64,000 nucleotides of DNA from a virus (taxonomy: Duplodnaviria > Caudoviricetes): positions 32,001 through 96,000 of the IMG/VR virus record IMGVR_UViG_3300037067_017859; one strand, given 5' to 3'. The position numbers were made by a program, and so were the translations under genes. Each line of letters starts with the position of its first letter. The stretch's first letter is position 1. Positions 34,754-46,700 of this stretch are shown piece by piece. The notes under the pieces were generated by a model that saw only the letters and a list, made by a program, of their open reading frames with translations, did no database searches and was not told where the DNA came from.

Positions 34754-37700
34754 TTACTCTTCCGGAGGTTCCGGCAGACTTCCGCTATTATTATCAGGTG
34801 GAGACTGCAATTCGTTAGTCTTCTTTTTAAATTTACGGATACCTAACTTTTTTAGGGACTTTTGCGCTGTTGCCAGCATTTTCATGTAAGCATTATCTAT
34901 CCTCCTTCTTTTTTCTTCAGAATCGTATTCTCTATCCTGGATCACCCTATGGATTTCCCGATTAATGCTGTTGAACTTCTCAACGGCATATTTTAATTCA
35001 AAATACCTATCTTTTTCTTCTCGAGTCAACGGGGGGATATCGAACCGATTGTTTTCCTTTAAACTTTGTTTCCGGCTTCTGTACCGAAGATTAATTTCAT
35101 TCCACAATTCATGAACCTTAGAGATGCTTCTTAGGCTTGCATGTGGGAAGCGCACCGCTATCGATCGAATCAGCGGCGTATCCGCCAACTGAGCAGTTGG
35201 CAGAGCCCCGCCCTTTGGAGGAGAAATGATTTTTGAGACTGGATCCAAAAGAAGCTTAGTTGCTAACCTGGCGCTTCCTCCAAAAGTGGAAAACATAGCA
35301 TGCTCAATTTTAACCGGACTCACATGAATGCCTGATTTGGCCAGCAATAAAGCCGTTTGATTCGCAAAATGGCTTGTATACCAGTTTGATCTGTATTCCG
35401 GGAGGTAGTTTTTCTGCATCCACGCGCTTTCGATTTCCCTATTGGTGAAGAAATTCTGATTGCGCCATAGTTCGATTGGAGTCTTAATAATCGTTGGCAA
35501 CAAGCTTGGTGTAATGTTAGAAAGAAAATTACGGACAAAATCATCAAACGCCGAAGGATCTTTCGTATCTAAATATTCTGCAATTCTCTCAGCCGGCGTT
35601 GCATAAAACATTCCCCAACTAAACGGTTTTGGAATTGGTATCCATGGAGTCAATCCACTCAAGCCAGGTATCCCTTTGGTTGGAAACAACCAGAAGAGAT
35701 CGCGGAGCCACCAAGGAGCTTCGTGGTATCTTTCATCATCTTTATTCAGATAATAAATAATCAGTGATACCAATTGGAACGCGGCGCCCTTCAGTAAAGC
35801 TTTTTTGGGGTTTCTTTTATGGACGCGCACGAATTTGTCCACATCCTGGATGGCTGCATTAAAAAATGGGATGGTTAGATTCATGCCTCTCATCCAGGCG
35901 CCAATTCTTTGAAAATCAAGATTTGCTTCTCGAGATGCAAATCCGGCAGCCCGAATGGATTCACCCTTTTCTCTTGATTTAGCGTAGACGGATACTCGAG
36001 TCATTGCCTCGGATATTTCACTTAATATTCTCAAAGTATCTATGGGATGACGAACCGCATATTTGAGTTTCCCTGACATCAGATCGCGTAAAGCCAGCTT
36101 CATTTCATTCCGGTCCATGGAGGACATAGCCGAATGCGGACCTCCGGATCTCATCCATTCCTTGTACGTGGCGTCTTTCATCAGAACATGAGCAAGCCCC
36201 TTGGCTGTATCCCATCCGGGAACATAGCCAATTTCGGTTTGGGCCCATGCGGTAAGCATATCTCGAGCAATATTACGGGAGGCGAATTCCGGGTTAATCC
36301 CGGTCGCGCCGGTTCTGAGAATTGACGCTGGAATAGCAGCAATTCTCATAAGGATGCCGATGGAATCTTTATCTAATCCTTTTACAGCTTCATAAAGGTT
36401 TGGCTCAAGCTGATATAAGGTCGGTTTCCCTTTAAAATAGACCGTTATGATATTTTCCTTGGGCGAAGGCACGGCATTGTAAACAAATATTGTCGCAAGC
36501 TGGTCCAGATTAAGATTCGGATCCGCAATATCAACTCCGGCCGCGGAAAGAGCATTTTTGATTCTCTCTAAAGCAAAGGTCTGTGGAATAGCTTTTGCCG
36601 TTAATGGTCCTGAAATCCATCGGCCGGCGCCATCTTCTTTAGACAAATTTGCGAGAGCCTGGCCGACTAGATTACGTTCCGCGACATTGATAAGCGTATA
36701 TGTGTTTTTAATGATTGATTCCAGCGGATCTATAATCGGGCGCCAGGAACCCGTCATTCCCTTGACTGGTTGCCACAAATCTACGGCGCTGGATCCTGAT
36801 TTTAGCCGACTTTCCGTGGATTTCTCGCCGGCTCCTGCTTCATACATTCTATGGAATGGCACAAAGAACTGGTTGAGAAGTTTAATATTGATATATTGAT
36901 CAACTGAGAGCATCCCACAATCTCGGAAATATGTCAGAAGATCATCCTGATATTTATAAAGCTTCATCAGGGTGTCTTTTGTTATTTGAGCTTCCGGAGT
37001 CATTGCCCTCAATGAATTCACATCAAATGCCAATATAGAAGGATGGCCGGGCATTGCTGGAGTTGTTGCCACGGAGAGAGCGCTTGGATCAAAACCTTGC
37101 TCTATCAAAGATTCCCTGGCTTCCTGGACAGTTATCCCGACTTCGATACCTTTGAGTCCTTTCTTTTCTAATGTTCTCAAAGAAATGGCCGTAATGCGCA
37201 GATCGTCTAATCGATCCTTCATTGGTGCAAGAATCTGCTTCAATCCAGGTCCGAGAATACTATCCAGATCTTTACCAAAAGTCCCTACTTGAAGGAAATG
37301 TTCAGCCCTGGCAGCCCACCCGCTTAAAGCTTGGGCAAGCTTGCTTGGATCCTCTTCCATCCTAATATTACGGCCTTTGGTAATAATTTTTACCGCTACA
37401 TCAATCGGATTAAGATGATTGACTATCCCCGTATAAAGTTTTTCAAACCATCCCAGTTGGTCGTATTGTGGTTCTTGTACCGAGATATGGGATAGAATTT
37501 TTGCTGAACTTGTTTGATCCAACCAGCGTTTATAATCTCTCTGAGCTTCCTTTAAAATTTCCGCGAGATCCTGGTTATGGGCCAGTTCACCTTCAAACAT
37601 CAGATGAACGCCAGGGCATAATTGCGCCGCCTGCGCCGGATCAGTAATCCAGTACCGGATATATTCAGCAAATCCTTCCGGAAGTTTTGATTGGCCGGCC

Positions 37701-40700
37701 AGTGGCTTTGTGGCGATCGCCTCGAGTTCCGCCCTATGAGCGACAAGAGGCTGCCAATTGAGTTGTTGTCCGCGTTTCCCCCACAAAATCTTATTAATAG
37801 CATGCCCGACTTCATGAGCCGCAACGGAAACATCTTGGGCTTTTTTAATCCGAATGGCTGTACTATTTATCTTAAAAATGCCCAAAGCTCTTTGCCGGAA
37901 TCGTCCATACCTGATAGGCACCTGGAGCTTTTTCGCCAAATTAGTAAGAATGGTATTCCGACTCACCAAATCTTTCTTATCTATTACAGGAGGCAGAGCA
38001 TATTGTCTCGTTCCTGACGTCTGCGGCGGAGCCGGCAGTATCGGAGCTCCCGGAAGACTGGCCATTGGAGATGTAGGCTCTTCCTCCACTTTCGGCAGTT
38101 CTTCGCCTTCTTGGCTGCGCTTTAATTCATCCATCATTTCCTCAACATAAGGGAAATAATGGATTGCTTCTGCCTGGGATTGTTCCTTATTAAAATCGGC
38201 TTCGCTGTTCACATAATCAGTCACTTCTTCTATAACCTGGTCGACATAGATTCTTTCACTCAACCAACCAGAACTATCTTGCGTGTTAATCCAATTGAGC
38301 AGATGTTTCGCTATCACCGGGTTTTGATGAACAATCATTTGATCATTCACTGTCCCCTGGCCATTTAAAATTCTGTCGATGGACTCTTGAGCTTGTTTGA
38401 GCCAGAAATCCGCCGCCTGTCGCGCCTGTTCAATAGACTGAGGAACATCTCCGCGGCCAACTTCTATTGACCGGGATCCGTCATCACCGACATTGAGACC
38501 CATTGAAGCAGAACTTGTCGGCCCTCCACCGCTTGGCGCACCAGGAGTCCCTGTTGGGATAACTCGTACCGGCTTATTTCTTTCAAAGATTTTGTCGAGG
38601 AGTTTTGGCCCTTCAATCTCGTCCAATGGAACAAAAGCCCGGGGACGTCTGGATTCGCCTCCAACAATGATTTCGGTAATAGCGCCTTGTTCGTGGAGCG
38701 TCTTAACCGCGGCTTCACGATATGCCCGAGCAAGGTTGATTTCCATTCGACGCTCCCCATGGATTGGGGGTGTCATTTGGATGCGCCAATTATTATCCAG
38801 TTCTATAGTTGCGCCATCACGAACCATAGTAAATATCGAAAGACCTGATTCTTTAGTGAAATCATTGCCCATCCCAAGTCTGCTTTTAAGCGGCCCAATC
38901 TCATTGGTCCTAACCTGAATTCCAATTATTGGGGAACCATCAGCCAGAACCGCTCGAACAATTCTTAAACTATGGAGCTGTCCGTCTCCTATAATTTTGT
39001 CGTGGATTGGGAAAACTGCGCCAGTGACCATATAAACTGGCTTCCTGGTAGTCTCCGGAATTGCAGCAAATTCTTTTTCCCATAAATCCTTTGCTTGTTC
39101 CAAGCTTGTCACTGGAGGTCCGGGGAGTCTTTCAGGAGTTACTAATTTTTCCTTCGGGGTTCCTTCGACACGTTCATAATTCTCATTGAAGTCTGAAACC
39201 TCAATTCTATTCTTTGTGAATCGAACAGTCCTAAGATCAATTTTCAAAGCGCCTGTTAAAGGATCGACATAATTATAAGCAGCCGATATTTTCCCGCTAC
39301 GCTTATTGGTTACAAACCCAATAAGATCTACGCTTCGAGGAATATTATCCCATTTGAGTTTTTCAGTTTTAAAATCCCCTTCCATCTCAAGGAATTTTGT
39401 TTCCATATGAGAATTGGGATCTTTATAAATAACCTCTTCTTTTGTGATAACAATATTGCTTCCACGGATTTTTGAAATCCCGGTATCAAAAGTTCCTTGT
39501 TCCTTTGCAACTGCGAGATTGGCCTGATAACGGCTGTAAAAGTTATTAAAAATATCGTTTTGAACGTCGACAGGAAGAACCATTATGCGATTCAGAAATC
39601 CTTCAACATTTGTGTCGACGCCAGGCTTTAATGATCCATTCGGCGTAAGCCAACCCATAGCATCCAAAATATCCATGCTATTGCCGAAATCTCCTCTCAC
39701 TTCATAATTATTATGCGCTAAATCGTGAGTGAGAGACATTAAGGCGGTGCGACCATAACCATCTGTAAGATCTTCAATATCAAACAGACTGCCGCCAAGA
39801 GATTCCCGGTTTCCTTGTGTCACAGCCCCAAGGCTTGCCAGCCGGCGCGAAACAGCATTTATTAATCTTTGCTGACCCATGACATTGGTTTTAACCAGCA
39901 TAATCACGGGAGGAGTTACTTGATTGGATCTGTGAGCCCGGCCAAAGAACTGCATTTGTTGATCAGCAGACCAGGACAATTGGGCGCAATACATTATCCG
40001 GCGCTTGCCTTCGGTGGGAATGCCCCTTTCAGATTGAGCCGAAATTCCGGCGCTGCCGGCTCCGGTGATGATCAGAACATCGGCTTCACCGTTCTGGAAT
40101 CGGCGCAGTTCTGCATTATTGATTGTTTCCCCGGGTTTCTTCCCGGCCGGCTTGCGGCGCACAAGTTTATTGCCTTCAATTCTTTCAGTACGACCGGATA
40201 TTTCGGCTACTTTTCCCCATCCTCCAAGATGATTCGCAATCATATCGATAGGATTATCCGGGAGGTTCAGATACTCGAGTTCATTCAGAAGATCTTCTTG
40301 CATGCGAAGGTTCTCCTGATTGATTTCTCCAGTTGGCACTTTAATTGTTGATTGCGGGTTGTCCGGGTCCGGGACGTCTTCATATTCATCGAGAGGAAAA
40401 TAGTTTTCAATATAGGACCGGATCATTTGACGTGGCCCAATATCAATATCTTCAATGCTTTTTCCGGCCGCCTCTGCTTTAGCGACTTCCTTCCGCATTA
40501 ATGTTTCGTTTGTGCTGAGAATATTGACAATCGGAGCCATACCCTTTTTAAGGGATTCATCCAAATGAGTTAAAACAGATTGCATCTGGTAAGTCGTCAT
40601 CAGCATCAGGAAAAATCTTTGTTGAGTGCTGTAAAACTGAGAATATCGCGTCCCCCCATGACTCTGATTGGCGTTAGCCTCAGCTTCCTCCATTCTCTTT

Positions 40701-43700
40701 ATCAGGGCAGACCATAATTTTGCAGATTTATTGTATTGCTCAAGTTGATATTCATTGAGATCGTGGTTCACATAATCGTAGTTCACCCCACGGTAACTGA
40801 TCTGCCGACTTATAAATGATCCAAGGGATTTCAGATCTCGAGAGAGCATCTCCATGGCTCCCAATCCCCCGGCATTCATTGCATTCATAAAAGCGTCGAA
40901 GTCTGCAAATGCCGTTCCTTGGCCCCATAATCCAAGCCTATTCATGTACCCCATGTTATGGGCGAGAGTGGCCCCGGTAGCACTCACATAGAGTATCTTG
41001 GCCTTTGGGAACGTCTCAGCAAGCAATAGACCCATCTCGCCGCGGTCGGTGCCGGTTGCGCTCGTTGAAGCTCCACCCTGATTACTGCCAACGGCATTTT
41101 TCATCGCGTGACATTCGTCAAAGATAATAACGCCTTCGAACTCTTTATCGGCTTCTGTAGGCTGTAGCCAATTGACAATCTGATTGAACCGTTCTCTTTT
41201 TCCCTTCCAGTCCGCTGCTGCGGTCATATATTGGGTGAAGAGAACTCCTTCGGTATTGTCGATAGGAACGCCCTTTGCAAATCTGGATTCATTCTGGTGA
41301 ATAACAGACAAAGGTACGCCTACTCCTCCGATATCTCTTTTGGCATCCTCAAATAATTGTTGAGTGGCTGAAATCCAGACAGCTTTCTTCTGCCCGGTTT
41401 CTCGAAGGTAATGATAAATAATCCCTGCTCCTTCTCTTCCTTTGCCAACTCCAGTCCCATCGCCAATCCAGAAACCGGCAGTTTTACCATCCGGTAAAGT
41501 GGTTCCGAATCTTTGAATTGCATAGGTGATTGCCTCTAATTGGGCAGAACTCAATTGCCCGGTTGATATGACTTCTGCCGGCAGGTTGAGTTTCACCGTA
41601 ATATCTGGCGCTTCCACGCTGCCCAAAGTTGCACTTTCAATAAGGTCGGCAGGGTGAGGTTGAGCACCTTTGTAGATAGCCTTCCTGGGCTGATATTTCA
41701 CATAAGCATCTGTTTCCTCTTCTCCGAGAACTTTATTCTGCGCATCGAGTGCTATCTCGATGGGAGCCACGTCCCCCGGGCCTCCAGAAACAGGAGCACC
41801 ATGTTCTCCGCCCAATCCGGGAGCTTTTTCAATTCGTTCGGCATCGGAAGGTTTTCCTTCAATATGAGTTGGTGGAGGTCCCGGGATACTCGGTCCGGGT
41901 CCTCGCTCTCCGCTTTCAGGAATGTGTCCCAATTCACCGGGTCGAGACTCATTCCCGGTCGGTACGCCAGGTCGCCCTCCGGTAACGCCAGGCATTCCAC
42001 CACCAGTTCCGACAGGGGGTTCTGCCGGTCCAATGACTGGCCCCGCAATCGGAGGAGGAGCTTGGATGCTTTCGATTGGCTTTGGTCTAGTGATTCGTTC
42101 ATGGATATCCTCTGCTGCAATGGTGCTTAACTTCTCCAAGGCTTCCCCAGGAGTAAGCTGGTGATCCATTAAAACTTTTAAACTTCTTTCTGCCCCTGTA
42201 TCTCCCGGGGTAGGACCAGTTTTATCAATAACGATCAGCCGATTGTCATAGGTGGTTCCCATCTTCTGATAGTAACTACCCTTTAATCCAAGATCTGCCC
42301 GGACGTTGTAATGAGCCTGAACTTGATTCCACCATTTGTTGAATTTTGATCTGTGATGCCCCATCCCTTCACCGACAATAGCAACCAGGCGGCCGCCTGG
42401 CGCGAGTTTTTGCAGGGCATTCATTACATGCCGGGCGCCAAACTCCATGCCATGCAACTTACCAGGTCCGGCCGAGAATGGAGGATTCATGAGGATTACA
42501 TCTGGAGTGTAATCCGATAAGGACGTTCCTGTGGTCGTAAGATGCAATGCATCCACGGTAGTCGTCGGGAAGTTTCTGAGTTTCAAGACAGTGACGCGGC
42601 GTTCATCTATCTCGTTCGCCCTGACTTGGTATCCGTGGATTCTCATCATCGTCGCCAGCATTCCAGTGCCAGCGCTTGGCTCTAAGCCCAAAAGAGGAGA
42701 GCTTGAATTTCCCAAAGCGTATGCGGCTAAGAAAGCTTGCATAGGCGGCGTTGAGAATTGTTGCAAATCAATCTGTTCGGTTGTCCGATCGGATTGGACG
42801 GCAAGACGATTCTGAAGCTCTTCCAGCCGGGTCATGGTTGCTAATGGATCATTAAAATCAACAATGCCGCTTTCTTCGATGTATTCCGAAACGGCGCCTT
42901 CGAAGACATCATACATATCCCGAAGAGTGTATTTGCCTTGCCCTCGTTCTCCGCCGAAAGCTTCATTGGCCATAGCCTGAAGTTTTGGATTATTGAACTT
43001 TTCTCCATTCACTAAAGCTGTTTTGACCTTATCGAGAAAAACCCTGAATTGCGCATTTCTGGTAATCTCTTCCGGTTGCGCAGGTTCTTTCTCAACTGGA
43101 GGCTCTGGTAAAACATCGAGAATAGTAGGCGGCGTTACTGGAGGAGGCGGTGCAACGAGTTCTTCAGGAACGGGAGGTTTTCCCGGGGGAGTTACGACTT
43201 CCTCTGGTTTCTGTCCTTCGGCCGGAGGAGGCGCAAGAGCTTCTGCTTGTCTGACAACAGATGCCTTTTCTGGATTCAGTACAATAATCTGATCAGCCAA
43301 AGCTTGACGGAAAAATTTATTATCAGTTTTATCCGCAATCTCTTTTACATTCTTTAAAACGACTGCATCATATTTCTTGGCAACCGCCTTCCAGAATTCC
43401 GGATTATCACGATAAAAAGCTTGTCCTACCTTAGAGGCAAGAGACTTGATTGCTTGTTCTGAATCCACAACAATTATTTTGGCCCCGGGATCCAGTCTAA
43501 ACTCAACCGATTCGAGTTGAGTTTTTTTGACTTGAGCTCCTACCTTTGCTTTCCATTTTTGCGCCTCATAATCATAGAAAAACTCAGCGCCTTTTGATTT
43601 CAACTCCTTTTCATTTTCAAGAGTTATATCAACGGTTACATCTTCTCCTTCCCGGCTTAATACCGATGACCATGTATCATCATCAAGTGACAGATAGATG

Positions 43701-46700
43701 CTTTCACCGGCGAAGCGGCTGGTTTTCGGTCCTGCACCTAAATCACCAGTACCATGGATAGGTATCTGTTTGAAATCAAAGGGAACGCCTGATTCCAATG
43801 CCTTCTTGGCTTCCTTGGAAGTGAAATGCTTAAATATCTGTCCTCCATACTGAGTTGGTGCTTCTGGAGTCGGCTCTGGTTTTGGAGTTGTTTCAGGGGC
43901 AGGCAGAGTTTCCACTGGAGGCGGCGCAAGTTCCTGACGTTGATCGACAGTCCCTTTGGCAATCTCTTCGGCTGATCCAGTAAGGAAACGGAATTTCCCC
44001 TTGCCTTCAACCTGTCTTTTGAGAAGTTGCAATTGAGCTCTTAAATGCTCAGGCTTGGTAACTACAGTCAGAAATTCTTCCCAGGCGTTCGTTTCTGGAT
44101 TCCACTTTTCCGCTCTCAACCCTATCGAGGTTGCCGCGGATTTTGGATCCAGGATCCCCATGAGCTTATGTTCTTCCCCATTTTCGATTGCCAGAAGAAT
44201 ATCGTCTTCTGTAATCATGTTGGGATGATAAAAGAAGGTGCCCTTGCCTGGAACGTCGACGTTCTGTAATTGTGGGATTTCGGCGACTATTGAGAGGAAA
44301 TCATTTATCAGATCGCGCTTTTGCCAATCTTGCAACGTCGATTCTGGAACAAACACAACCCGACGCTCTCCACTTCCAATCGTTTCTATTTGAGACAGAA
44401 CTGTAGAAGGTTTTTCTGGAACAGTTACCTCGGGCGCTGCCGGCTCCGTGATTGTTTCTGGTCCCGTGATCGATTCAGGAGTAGGAGGAAGTGATTCAGG
44501 TTTTTCATACCGCGGTTCAAGCTTTCCTTCAGCCTCAGCCGCCGCTTTCCTGCCCTTCATTGTCTTGAAAGCTGCCTCTGGAGATTCTTCGATCCCATAG
44601 GAAAAACCAACTTTCATTTGATCATCGCCAACGATGAAGGGGTTTTCGTCAAACCACTTCTGAGCCTTCTCCATCGCCGCATCAATTTCTTCCTTCGTAT
44701 CAGCTTTGGTAACGAAGTCATCTCCACCCAGGCGATATACGGATATTCCAGACTGAATAAATCCTTGGGCTGCATGCTGTAGGTATCTATCACCCTCATC
44801 TTGACCATAGACATCATTGATTTTCTTCATTTTGTCTAAGTCAAGAGAAGCCACGTACTTTTTGAAGGGAGCTCGTTCCCAGGCGGATCTATTACGAAGC
44901 TGAGTGAGTTCATCCGTAAGGAGTTCTTTCTCAATTTCCTCCCGGCTCATCTGAGAAACTTGTTTTCTCCGTGGCCAGTTTTGCCGGCGATCGGTCTTAT
45001 CTTCCCTCGCAACTTCTCTTCTATCTACATCAGTTCTGCCGATAGGGAGTTCTTCCGTTGGAGTCGTAGGAGCGCCTGGTGTGGTTGGCGCTTCGGGTGT
45101 GGTAGTCCACTTGCTAGGATCGTAAACCTTATAAGGCCATGAAGGTTCTGTTTTAAGATCTTTTTTTGCCTTTTCAGCCTCCGTTACATTCCTGATGGCA
45201 ATGACTCCACCAGCTTCCGGAATGCTATCAAGTTCTGCCTGGATTTTATTTACTTGATCGGCCGCATAAGCAAAACCAGTGTCATCTCCTTTTGTTTGCG
45301 CCTCGTCCCGGCGCTTAATCATCTCAAAAAGCTGTCTTCCAAGAGAATCTACCCGAGGATCTCTTGTACGCATAACCATGACTGCTTTTGATCCAGTAAG
45401 CTTTTCAAATTCCGCTACCTTCTTTTTGGCATTCGATTCGGCTGCATCAATCTCGTTTTCCAATTGCTGGACTAAGAAGTTTTCATTTTCTTTAGAAGAT
45501 TTAAGAAGCCCGGCTATAACATCTGGAGGAATATCTGTTTTACTTAAATAATCAACATACTCTTGATGCCGTTGGCTCACCGTATTTCTGAGATAAACCC
45601 TAGCCCTGGATGCACCGATTGCAGAGGTAAAAGCAGAGAAGACGGCTCCTGAAACACCACCAGCGATGCCTTGGCGATTGTCTTCCTTCATATTCATTGG
45701 TTCGCCAGAAATACTACTGACAACCCAATCTTGACCGATATTTTGCATCCACTCTTGCCCGAACTCCTCGAGATAGCCTTTAGCGGATCCGGTCAACATC
45801 CCGCGCTTTATCCGGTCTTTAATCCATCTTGTGGCCCATCCTCCACTAATTTTGTCAAGCCTCGAAAGTCCACGTTCAATTGGCAATGCTTCCGTTGCAC
45901 CCAATCCAACACCGGCAATAAATGCTGCAAACAATTGGGTAGGATTCGCGCCGGCTTTGTAAGCCTCTTCATAAGTTGATCCTGCCTGGACAAGAGCACC
46001 AGACGCCATAGTAGTGGCCGCTACTGGTAAGCCTGCTTCTCCACCAACTAATCCCATCGCAATGAATCCGATAGTGGACCCGAGCCCTTGGGGAATCATC
46101 GACGCCCAATATTCTTCTTGGAATTTTGGATTTACTGGAAGGCGATCTTCAATCTTCCGTTGGACATCATTTGCCATCTTGTAAAGTATTGAATTTTCCA
46201 GTTTAGGCAAAGGTTCAGGCTCGAGCCCTTTTTCTATCCGGCCGACACCTTCTATCTGTTGCCCGGAAATTTCAGCCAAATGGGGTATAGCACTAATGCT
46301 TTTTATTGCCATTGGCACTTGATCTGCAATGCCTTGGAAGAAAGAATTCACAGCATTTGACATGCGATCGGTAGGAATAGGAATTTTACTTTCCTTTATC
46401 CTTTGCAGATTCAATTTCGTCATCTGCTCCGGTTTAAGTTCCTCCGTTTTTGTCTTAACATGTTCTAATTTAAAATAAGGATGCCCGTTGATTATGGTGA
46501 CTGAAGGTATCGGCTTCCGCGCTTCTTGTAATGCCCTCTCCTTAATCTCTCCTTCGGATACAATTGACTCAGGCAAGGATGGGACATTTGGCAATTGCCC
46601 CGGAGTGGGCATTTCAACCTTGGCTTCCTCTATTTTCTGAGGTTCAAAAGCCTTACTTACTTTCTGTTCACGCCCCTTTATGATCTTGCCTTTTTGTTCT

